DNA of 63,594 nt, filler included, from Phoronis australis (taxonomy: Eukaryota > Animalia > Phoronida): assembly GCA_002633005.1 (NCBI GenBank). It is 5 parts of 5 records of this genome, joined end to end, with 100 filler letters (N's around TTAATTAATTAA, not from the genome) between each part and the next. Parts side by side here need not be neighbours in the genome. Positions count along the whole stretch, not along the records: positions 27,985 to 59,412 come from NMRA01000367.1; positions 59,513 to 63,594 come from NMRA01002711.1; 3 more parts are not named here. One strand, 5' to 3'. Within the stretch, counting starts at the first letter, position 1, and each line of letters opens with the position of its first letter. A program made the translations under genes and the position numbers. Positions 53,688 to 63,594 of this stretch are shown here, piece after piece. The notes beneath the pieces were generated by a model. It did not search any database, was not told where the DNA came from, and saw only the letters and a list, made by a program, of their open reading frames with translations.

Positions 53688-54577
53688 CAGGGGATGTGGC
53701 ATATCATAGCGGTATCACCCATGTAGGCTCTCACGTGATGTCTTAATAGCGCTTCAGATGTCTGTCGCCTCATACGAATACATGGATCATGAAGGTATTA
53801 AAGCTGAATTTAGCACCTATTAAGCTGTCAGTGTTCAATTACTATTCGAACCGCTTTGGGGATTAAAATCATTACCACGCCTATCCGATCTTGAATCTTT
53901 GTAGAATGAGCCGACAGTTTAAGACGTACCCTTAGGTATGGCCAAACAAATTAAATAAACATATATCGTTTTGTTGAGACGCTGATGGTTTCGATGTTGC
54001 TGGCGACAGAAACGGAATCAACAGCAAGGAATAGTATGATACCAATCATATGACAGCAAGGAATAGTGTGAGACCAATCATGTGACAGTAAAAGGCCGAG
54101 TTCGATTTTCATTAACAGCCAGCTATACAGGGCGAAATGCAGCGGTCTGCAAACTATCAAGCTTATGTTAATAATGTCAAACCAGAGCTTAGTTCATGGA
54201 CCGAGAGTCGGCCGAACCCCTTTGGCACTGTGATCAAAAATCTTCGTGGTAAAGAGAAAAGATTTTTAAAAGGCATTGTTTTAAATTCTGCAAACGGAAA
54301 GACTGTATATTTACAGACCATGTCCTGGAAAATATGGAAACCTTGAGAGATTGATGCATCATTTTTGCACGAACACAAAAATTTGGTGGTTCTGGGCCAA
54401 GACCGCAAATTAGCTGTCGACCCGGCGTCGGTCAGGTGTGAAACATTGTTCAGCGTCAAAATAAACAACAATCTGAGTAAAGAATATATAAGCTATCCTA
54501 AATCAAAGATTAAGTTTTTACATGTGGGAGGTTTCAAGCAACTTTTATCTGATTACAAGCTTCATGTGAATGTATAC

Positions 54578-54762
54578 ACCTTATTCACGCAGTCGCCATT
54601 TTAAAAGTGAGCCTCTTTTTAGGTTTTAAAGACAATGCATTCAGCGCTTAATCACAGCGCAAAGCGTGATTTTTCGCGTGCCTCGTTATATTTATGTCTC
54701 AACTGCATTTTTCAACCTAAAAAGAGGCCTCGCTGCTAAAATGGCGACTGCGTGAATAAGGT
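54578..54762. mobile_element. Hairpin-type MITE (~185 bp)
   Basis: Perfect 26-bp TIR ACCTTATTCACGCAGTCGCCATTTTA / TAAAATGGCGACTGCGTGAATAAGGT, extending imperfectly through GCCTCTTTTTAGGTT / AACCTAAAAAGAGGC. Confidence 0.85.
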
Positions 54763-54834
54763 CTCTAGGCAACAAGCGAGATCTGTTCTACTTTCAAGAA
54801 TGTTAATTCACATCCATAAATCAACCGGCCTTGC

Positions 54835-54978
54835 CTTGTTTTCGTGCTGTGATCCACACCGGCTCGCCCTGCGTCCACCATTTGGGATCGGTAGAACCTT
54901 TACCCATGCTGAACTTTTCACCGATGTCCGGGTCGTAGAACCTGTTGCCAACAATTCCGTGGCTTTCTTCGTATAGGC
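54835..54978 (-). CDS. ENPP: ENPP internal coding exon (144 nt), the most 5' exon found
   Basis: GLYEESHGIVGNRFYDP...FSM...DPKWW..GEPVWITARKQ. Acceptor TGCAG with AG at 54980-54979, phase 1. Best donor is GC at 54834; an alternative GT lies at 54825. The four exons total 1082 nt in one frame. Confidence 0.93.
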
Positions 54979-55329
54979 CTGCATTAAACGATAATTTGCA
55001 ACTCCCCTGAGTCAAATGTTATTGTAATATATACCTGTATTGGATTCTTGGGTTAACTCGCGTAATGATTCAGGGGCGCGTTTTGTCAAAGGTCTCGTCC
55101 GGTCACAGGGAGTTTATTAAAATGGGCGCATTGCTTACTACACCGTGTGATCTACACTTCAGAAGACGTTGATTTGCCCCATATATCTTAGACCAAATAT
55201 AGTGGCGTATCTACGATATTATAAAGGGATACTCAACGTTTTGTCTCGTATGCAATCGCTCAAAGAGCGTGGATTTTGGAGAATAATCACCACTCTGGCT
55301 CTAGATAACGGGGGATAACGACTTTGCCA

Positions 55330-56035
55330 TGTAATAATGTATATGTATGGCTCAAAAAGCTGGCCATCATAGTAGTTTGAGATCCTCCACCCCATATGCA
55401 ATTCCTCCGTCGTTCAGTCAGGCATTCAGAAGGTCTACAGTTATAATGTTCATCAACAACTGGGATTCTCTTCCATTCTCTGTTAAGGAAAGCAACTGTT
55501 TTATGAGTATAAAAATAATTTTAGAACTGTTTTTCATAATTTTGATAACTCAATAGCCCTCACTCAATTCTCCCTTCCCGGCGAAAACGAAATAGCATTG
55601 TACAGATCAAGATGCGGTCTTTTCCTCAACTCCGACAAGTTGAGGCACTACTTTAGTAATGTCTCTCCAAACTGTAAATGTGGTGACCATCAATCGTATC
55701 CTCATGATTTCTTCAAATGTCCCCTCATCGAATACCTGAGAGACTCACTCTTTCGGTACGTGTATCAGTTGCGGTGTTTTCTTTATATCCTCATTTTATT
55801 TACAAATTGTTTCTTTTCCTGATTATACTTGTACACACAGTTCTCCAGAAAGTCACGAGGTGGCGCTTGCTACAAATTAAACATTCACGGTTTTAATTAG
55901 ATGTAGCATCTTTAATTAATAAACTCAACATTTCTTCACGGTTTCGCTGCATCATTTTGCGGCCACCACGGGAGCAGGGCCTAAATTCGTCTATGGACTC
56001 TGATGTTACATATTGCCCTAATAACATGTGTTCAA
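55330..56035 (+). mobile_element. Decayed 3' end of a LINE ORF2 (CR1/L2/Jockey-group-like)
   Basis: NNWDSLPFSVKES..F followed by RSRCG.FLNSD......SPNCKCG...S.PH.FFKCP, resembling the WNxLP motif plus CxC...H...CP knuckle at LINE ORF2 C-termini. Confidence 0.65.
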
Positions 56036-56421
56036 GACGATTCATGAAGATGCGATGAGTAAACTAAGTTATTTTGCTACTCTTAATGGGGAACTAACTG
56101 CAGGCGATAGACGAAGTTCACTTTCACCTACCGATTACGAAACGTGATGGAACGAAATTATACATGTAGGGCCTATGTTGAGCTTAGTCAGTACCGGGGG
56201 TTTTCCGTGGACAAGCTCACCCGATGAAACGCCCATGGGCGTTTAATTGGTTTTGCAACTTGTCATGTCAAGTGTCCAAATTCAGTTTTGTGGAGCATTT
56301 ATCATTTATAAAAACGAACAAAGTCTTGCTTAACTTCATTGATTAACATAAAATATTTTAAAACAGTTTTAAGTAAAAAATCAGTCATTAAACCCCTTAA
56401 TCAACGTGTATTCAGTCCATG

Positions 56422-57008
56422 TCAATGTTTTCGTCCAGCTCCTCCTCTGAATTTCTTTCCTCCTCCGAGTCGCTGAAGGGATTCCACTACTTGCCGGATA
56501 TCCGCGTTGTACCACATGTGTTCGAGAATCCGGGCGTTGATGAATTCGGTAGAGACCATTTGCCCATCAGCAGCTATGCCGCAACATCCAAACGCTCTGA
56601 TAATAATGATGTCCTGCGAGATTTGCCGCATGGCTGAAGATACAAATTCCAGGAGTTTTTCGTAGGATAGGCGGCGGCGATACCCTTTCGGGGGTATATT
56701 CTTTCTCGCCGTTTTCAAGCCAATACTGATACTGCTCTTGTAACCTAGCTTTGAACGGAGCGTTAACAGAAACATCAAGTGGCCGATGGAAATAGGTAAA
56801 TCAGGACGGAATTATCTTCACGCCAATATTCAATTTTCGAAACTCTGTGGATACAGTTTATACACAGTGGCTCCGGTGTGCGTTCATTAGCTAAGTGGAT
56901 TTGTCAGTGTTGAAATGAGGACTTCGCCTCATCATTACTGTCTGTATGTAGTGCATCATAAGCGACTCGGCGTTCATGGATCCCTACCTGGACTTCAATG
57001 TTGTTGGG
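56422..57008 (-). pseudogene. pogo DDE_1 transposase, C-terminal half, frameshifted
   Basis: PNNIEV...GSMN..LM.HY..TV, AHRSH....EFRKLNIGVKIIP, RPLDVSVNAPFKA and SYEKLLEFVSSAMRQISQDII.RAF.CCGI, followed by an acidic tail. Confidence 0.85.
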
Positions 57009-57009
57009 T

Positions 57010-57240
57010 ACACGCTTGACAGTAGTCAAAGACGGACTTACGGTTGGACACATACCAAAAGAAATGGCCCGAATTTGTTATTTTTTATGTTCACAATACG
57101 AGGTGGGAGTATTCAAGCCGAAGTTTATAGATTTTCTGCTGACAGAGCTTGGGTGCGATCATCTTTTCCACAAGGAGGTCTGGAAGTGTCATGCACATTA
57201 ATTTTCTTGTCTCGCTGGGCATTGCAAAAATTGATAAGCT
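57010..57240 (+). pseudogene. HIRAN-like domain, C-terminal half, frameshifted
   Basis: LTVVKDGLTVGHIPKEMARICYF (frame of ORF 56998) joins TIRGGSIQAEV...RSSFPQGGLEVSCTLIF (frame of ORF 56976). VGHIPxE resembles the HIRAN G[YH][ILV]P motif. Confidence 0.65.
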
Positions 57241-58750
57241 GCTACACAATTACGTTGTTAACAGGTATCAACGTATTCACAACATTTCTTAAAAGGACTA
57301 CCAATCCACCCTGAAGGGCTGTTTGACTTACACAAATACATATCGCGCTTTATGCTGGTGTTCACGTAGCCAAAATTATGATTTTCCGTTTACGCGCCTC
57401 CCTTTTCCGAATAAACGCCCGGGCGTTTATTGGTGTTACTAAAATGCCTGAAAATTTTCATTTTCTGAATGCACACCCGGGGCTTATCTACGGGAAACCC
57501 CGGTAGTAATAACAAACCGTAGGTTGTTTTGAGTAAAAGGGACGATTTGACACCAATTTCATAACGATAAGTGGTTTTAAAACAAATGTTTATTTTGTGA
57601 TGGAAGGTCATTTTATAGAAAAATATAGATTTAAGAAACGTGAGAGAAGGGTTCCGATAGGACCAACCAGACAAAGTGTAAACTTTTGATAGTTTTGTGG
57701 GCCTGGTACTGAGTTACTGAGTTCTGCGCTGTGAAGGACAACAGCCGTCAAGGACTATGAACGACAAGTCTTCAAGTAGTTCGTGAAAAACAAATTTAGT
57801 AAAAAATGCACGCGTAAATACATCGGCATCTCCCGGTTTACGGTCTGTCAGTAAAGACATTTTGTGTGTGTTGAGTACCAGTGAAGACGTTATTACAAGA
57901 CGAATGCTTGGTTAAATTGGATATTTTTTCATAGTTACATGTAAGGTGTTCGTAACGAAGAGCAAGTCATAACTGGAGAATGGTATTTCAACTATATGAA
58001 AGACGACAGTTCGATCAGGATCAGTGACTTTTGTTTCCTTGCGGACATGTATTTCAAAACTTTGTATATGCAATCTCTCGAAATTCACTTATTGAATGGA
58101 AACAGAATTGTATTGCCTAGTTTAACATTCCAATCTAACCCCCTAATGACTGCAATGACCTCCATTTTGCAATGGTACGCTTCTTAGGACGCGAAACACT
58201 CGCCTTTGACTCCCGTGATTTTGCCTGGCCTTGCATGATCGTATATATTATGAGTCACGATCTGCAACTTAAATATGTTCTTTATCTACAAGCACGCAAC
58301 TCATTTGAGAATCTTTCTGTCACAGATGCTCTTAAGCCAAAATGACGCGTGGTTTTCACTTTAATGTGCTAAATCTATTGCCATTTTTGGTTGGTTTTGA
58401 ATTGTTTATAGATGATTGAGACTGATACACTAACGCAAACTGTTTGATTATTTTCAACAAACACGTCTATATTCATTTTTAATCGTCACAATAAATTTTG
58501 ACAAACAGTGGGCCGATCTTACGGCTATTGCTAATCAATGTTCATCAAAAAGAGTGTCACGTGACTATAGTTCCAAAAAGACCAAGAAAGGGCGGGAATT
58601 GAAATGTTTGACGATCGATCGTGAATATAAGTAACTCGTTGTCAGTGAACTTATAAGCGATCCAACAAAAACCTTGCAAGTTCACTGCCACTTTTGACGT
58701 CTCTTTTCTCTTGCGCATAGCCGATTCGACTTTTCGATCTGCGGTCCAAT

Positions 58751-59412
58751 GGGGCTATTCGGAGAATTCTCCTCGCGGTGTCGCTGCTGTACTAGTGGTG
58801 ATTGAATTGCGCATGCGTGGCTGTCTGCATGTAAACAACTGGTAAAAGATGGAATTTCTATCAAAATACGTCGTCGCGCTAAGCCTTATTACTGCTAATT
58901 TCCCTGGTGCAAATCTTCGACAGGTGGCTACAAATTCCCAAAAGACCTAAGGTTAATATATTCGTGGACAATTGCGGTCAACAGGGTCAACTAACTGACA
59001 AAAAGTATGTGGATGCTGAAGCACTGCGTGTGCTCCATGACTATGCAGTTCCATTCGGAGACTACACAACATTACTTGGTAAGTTTTTAGCAATCAGTTT
59101 CTATCAACATCGTTCGGTGATGCTATCCCCACCAGTTACCCCACTGAAGAACAGGTTTATTGAGAGGAACTAAGTGTTTCTTTTTGGAAACTCACGCGAT
59201 GCCGGGTAGGCTAGCACCACGTATTCATATTGTCCTGGGTGGGAGTGCTCCCAAAATAAGAGGTGTATAGTACGTGATGCACAGAAGTCAAGAGTGACTT
59301 CTTCACAGCAGTTTCTCTTCAAAACTATGCTGTTTCCAATAAAATTCTCTAGATGAGTGTGTTTCCTTATTTTATCGTGGACCCCACCCCCAGGACCACC
59401 AGCTCAGTTATC
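58751..59412 (-). mobile_element. GGGGCTATTCGGA-family element, one end, truncated by a gap
   Basis: CAAT followed by GGGGCTATTCGGAGAATTCTCCTCGCGG. Matches 29829-30033, 48670-49043 and the reverse of about 19780-20436. Confidence 0.85.
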
Positions 59413-60312
59413 NNNNNNNNNNNNNNNNNNNNNNNNNNNNNNNNNNNNNNNNNNNNTTAATTAATTAANNNNNNNNNNNNNNNNNNNNNNNNNNNNNNNN
59501 NNNNNNNNNNNNACTGAATATCATAACGTAGCTTTCTCAAAAAAAAACCAATCGTGTAGGTTCCTAATTGATATTCTCTCTATCAAGTACCTAAGCTTCT
59601 TTCTAGGTGGCAAGTATAAGGACGCGAATAGCGAGATCAACGAGAAATTTCAAATGTCTCACTGGCGACCTCTTCAGGTGAAATTATTATCGTCCACTCA
59701 AGGGGGTCATTTGTAATCTTATCTGTGTCTTGTAAGACAACAGCGGGATGAATTCCCATCTTTGTTGGTGTATATTATTATTTGAGTTGACGAAATAACA
59801 GCAACACAAACCATAAAAATCACTTTGCATGCACTCAAGTACAAAACAAAGTACACCTGGTTTTATCGGTAAAATCCAATCTAACTAAACTTCTATGAAG
59901 TAAACAGAAATGTAAACATGTTTAAACTTAATACTATGCTCACTTTTGGAAAAAAACAAACGCAGTTAAGATATCTGAAATGTAAGTTTTATTTATTGAT
60001 AACGAAGTAATACGGGATTCGAAAAATACTTAATGCCGATACGAGTTTTGTCGACAATACAAACCTGGTTACAGAAAACGGGTCCTCTCAGAAATTTACA
60101 GGCGAAGGGCAAGAGGCAGGGACGTACTGTTGGAAGCAACGGTGTAATTTTGTAAGTTTCTTAAGATTTCTTTCAGCGCAGTTTTTCTCGCCTGTCGTGA
60201 TCAGATTGTCTTTAGTACGCCGGGGAATAATTTCGTTTTTTGAAAGAAATGTAGGGCTGCTGTTACCAAGTAAGCATAAAACGGGAGTAAGACATAAAAA
60301 GAGACGAAACTT

Positions 60313-60465
60313 GGCGTGCGTTCAGTAGACGCTAGGACCTACGCTAGGACCTAGCTAAAACCTGGTCAAAGTCACGTGTTCTCATTTAAAATACACGGCA
60401 ATATCTCACGTAATCTCTCGAAGTCTTGCTTTTTAGCGAGGTCCTAGCGTTACTGAACGGGAGGC
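60313..60465. mobile_element. ~150-bp MITE, copy of 1571-1723
   Basis: Colinear match including both ends, GGCGTGCGTTCAGTA and TACTGAACGGGAGGC. Confidence 0.78.
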
Positions 60466-62072
60466 TGGTACATGTTTTATAATAAAAGGTGTAAAGTAGT
60501 TCAAATCCCGACTTTAGATTCGTCTGTTCTTCAAGGAGGTGCACGCGTAATATGATGTCCTATTGTTTCTTCGGATATAACATAAGTCATCATTTTCAGC
60601 TCTGTGTGTTTCTGGCCGTCAGCCAGGATCAAACAAAATGTTACTAACTTATTGGCTCAACAACCCATGCCAAATGAAGTCGTATGGAGCTTTCAATAAC
60701 AGTAAACACAAAAATAAAATAAAATAAAATAAAATAAAAAATAAAAACAACACAACACGTGTTGTGAATATCATATTAGAACTAATGCGTTATATTCTTG
60801 TGTTCCATTATAAGGCCATGCTCGAATATATGGCTTATTTTACAGATCATACGGATTGTCTTACGAAAGAAATCTACACACTACTACCTGACCAAGTCGG
60901 TGAAGAGTTTTCATATTATCTTCACTGGTCTATGGGCCATGTGTTACAAAACTACATGTTGGTCTACTTGTGACCCAACAACAATTGTTGGAAATACAAC
61001 CAGTTACGTTGTGTTATTCGAGTTGAAATTTGAAAGTTTACGTATTTTGTAGACTGAGACTAGTCACACCGGTTAGACAGGTACTCCAATTCGATTTTTG
61101 GTTTTGATATGGAACACGTCCGATTTTCACTCGTGAGATTGCTGTTTTATTTTTGACATAAGTCACAAGACCTCGTAAATGAATCACACGGCGTATCAAT
61201 AATAGTACGTGGTAAGACGACACATAGATGTTCCGATTTAGTAATTCCACAGTGCTCCGGCTAATTAGCCTCATTCTTAAACGAAAACGTAAACAAAAAT
61301 CCGTCATATCTCAAGCCACAAACTAATCGTGTCTGACACCAGTTGCAGATAAAAAATTTCGTGTAGCAATTTGTCGTATGCGACAGTCTTCAACGTTTAT
61401 GATAAAAGCAAAACAAGTTCGAATGCGCAGGTAGGCGTACCACTTTATAATGTGTTCTTTATTTTTCAATGCCCAGTTGTTTGAAACAATCCCAAACATG
61501 ACGTTTTTCCAAATTTTTATCTTTATAAGAGCTCCTCTTTTCTACAGACTCATGACTTAAATGTTCTGAGAAAAGTTGCTAGATATTTAATTAATGCGGA
61601 GAAACGCCGAAATGAGTTCCTTGATATGAATTAATTTAGACTTGAAAAATTATTGTACTCTCTTCGTGTTATATATTGTAATGTGGGCCGGAGGCCTGTT
61701 ACATGAAATAAACCTAATCACCTCTTCATCTTTGTCAATTGTCATTTTGTGTTTGATTTTACTTTATTTCTGTTTTTGTTGATAGAGGAAGTTATTACAT
61801 CCGAAAATTTCAAATTTCAGTTGATCCATTCTTGTTGTTTTATTTACCGATTTATATTCTTCATTTCATGAAACAATAGTATCCTTGGGAGGATCTGGAT
61901 CGCCTTATTTAGTTTCAGATATATTTTCTACGTTATTCACTGATACAGGATACGAAACTCTGTTTTGGTGTCTTTACCCAAAACTAGTTCTGTCTCGTGC
62001 TATTACACGATTATTACCTCCTCTGAGACGGGGGAAAATATCATTCAACCTAAACTTATTCTAAACCTTTGA

Positions 62073-62954
62073 GGGAGGTCTCTATTCCGAAGGTTCTCTA
62101 CTTCGAAGGTTCACCACTTCGAAGGTTCACTACACCAAAAATGTCTAAAATTTCGGATTCAGGTGTAATTTACATACTTTTAAATAAAAATAACGATACT
62201 TTAGTTATTAGATGCACTGAGAGGTGTACCTATACACCAAAAACAAAGGCGGTTACTAAAACACTTTGTTTGGATTTCATGCGCATTCGAAATTGCCCGC
62301 ATGTCTTACGAAAAAGGAATATGAGTACGTACTTGCATTGTGAAAAGAACACGTCCTAGAAATATTGATGAATTATCAACCACCACACATTCGTCAAATC
62401 CATGTCAAGATCGCATCATTTCACAGGGCGACTGAAAAGTTTAAGGACGCTGCGCCTCAACCTCACCCACGGGAAATACGTGCACGGCCGCGTCAAAACT
62501 AAATGTAGTTAGTAGCCCTGTTCCTTTCAGTCTTCAGGAAGTCAGAGAGTCCCATTCAGTCAGTCCTCTTGAATTTAAATTCGCCGATGGTCATCCCAGC
62601 CCTGATCCATACCCTAGATGTTGTCCCTGCTCGAGAATGAGTCGTTAGTTAGATTGGCAGTGATTGGAAGTGAGCTGTTGATTTGAAAACAATGTAATCA
62701 ATGTTTTAAGAACTATTCAATTATTGCAATCCTTTTTAAAAATAGTTTCTAAATGGACACAGATACAGTACTTTATTCATGCCAGTTCCTACTCATTTGC
62801 AGGCAATCGGAGTAGTGAACTGTCGGAATTCTGGTTTCGGAATTGTGGACATTCGAACTAGTGAATTTTCGAAGGTAGTGAACCTTCGGAGTATTAAACA
62901 TTCAGAGTAGCAGACCTACGGAGTAATGAACCTTCGGAATAGTGACATGTAACG
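62073..62954. mobile_element. Non-autonomous DNA element with inverted arrays of ~15-bp subterminal repeats
   Basis: Left side has 3-4 copies of CTA(T/C)T(C/T)CGAAGGTTC (62080-62135). Right side has about 9 copies of CTTCGGA(A/G)TAGTGAAC-like units (62805-62945), ending GTGACATGTAAC. TSD not identified. Confidence 0.65.
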
Positions 62955-63594
62955 TTGGAAATCTTTCCCGTCAGGATTGTTGCTCGTATGAAGTGTGCGA
63001 GACTGTGCACCATTTACAATAATTGACAAGAGAAGACTTTCTTCATTGACCAACATTTTATTATGTCTGGACATACTTTTACCTTATATTTGATCATGAT
63101 CGTCGGGGGTAAACTTGCCGTCGCTGTGTGCTGAATTTAACTGAATAGAAACGCACATACGTGTACACGCATGCATGTCAATCCACCAATCCGCAATCAA
63201 AGTTTACATTAGATGAACAACATATCTGAAAATCACTTTCAATTCAAAATTTGAAAGTGCGTGCACTTTACCGTACTATGCTAGCAAGAATATTAAAATA
63301 GCAGATAACAAACCAAATTTCTACTGTTTTGTTTCTTGGTCGATTTAAGGCATTCACACCGCGCTACTTTTTGGGAGCTCTACCACGCGTGTTCAACGCC
63401 TATGGATAACATAAAGCCTCCTCTAATCGTCTGCACGATCCTGTCAACTACGCAAACACCACTGGGGCGAAGTTGACCGTATACGGCCCGATGATTACTT
63501 GAAGCGCTTTGAATCGGAAGCAAATTCAAAATTATTACTAACTTAGTTATCATTGTAGATAGTAGCACCAGTAGCTGCAACAATTTTGTTGTTG

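Larger units (their letters stand above)
56194..57503. mobile_element. pogo-type DNA transposon deletion derivative with two divergent ORF remnants
   Basis: TA on both flanks (56192-56193 and 57504-57505). TIRs CCGGGGGTTTTCCGTGGACAAGC and GCTTATCTACGGGAAACCCCGG. Subterminal palindromes AAACGCCCATGGGCGTTT (56227-56244) and AATAAACGCCCGGGCGTTTATT (57410-57431). Confidence 0.85.

Noticed and set aside
54137-54604. Two in-frame plus-strand ORFs in an ENPP intron separated by one stop
   Set aside because: No motif recognised and no splice or start support. Cannot be called without a homology search.
14128-59512. TTAATTAATTAA palindrome centred in four 100-bp N runs (14172-14183, 23237-23248, 27929-27940, 59457-59468)
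   Set aside because: The same 44N + 12 + 44N layout each time indicates an artificial six-frame-stop scaffold linker, not biology.

Overview
Eukaryotic (animal) genomic scaffold, not prokaryotic. It has spliceosomal introns and a transposon repertoire (Academ, Sola2, Kolobok, BEL/Pao, pogo, Harbinger-like MITEs) typical of aquatic invertebrates; the taxon is inferred only. One host gene is clearly supported: a minus-strand ectonucleotide pyrophosphatase/phosphodiesterase (ENPP4/5/6/7-type). It has four frame-compatible coding exons at 54978-54835, 53097-52905, 44467-44062 and 42804-42466. The N-terminal exon(s) were not found, one intron most likely uses a GC donor, and the last exon appears a second time at 40572-40234. 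Much of the rest is nested, mostly decayed mobile DNA: two Sola2 remnants (one a fold-back carrying an RNase H-only LINE insertion), a BEL/Pao LTR element, two Academ elements, a Kolobok remnant with a KolX/P2X7-C-terminal-like ORF, a tRNA-derived SINE head, several MITE families, and four copies of an unclassified element with GGGGCTATTCGGA TIRs and 2-bp TSDs. The most unusual item is a TA-flanked pogo element (56194-57503) carrying a divergently oriented HIRAN-like second ORF. Three block duplications joined at single N bases look like uncollapsed haplotypes and supply filled and empty insertion sites. The TTAATTAATTAA strings inside N runs are assembly linkers. All family calls come from motifs read by eye; no database search was run.
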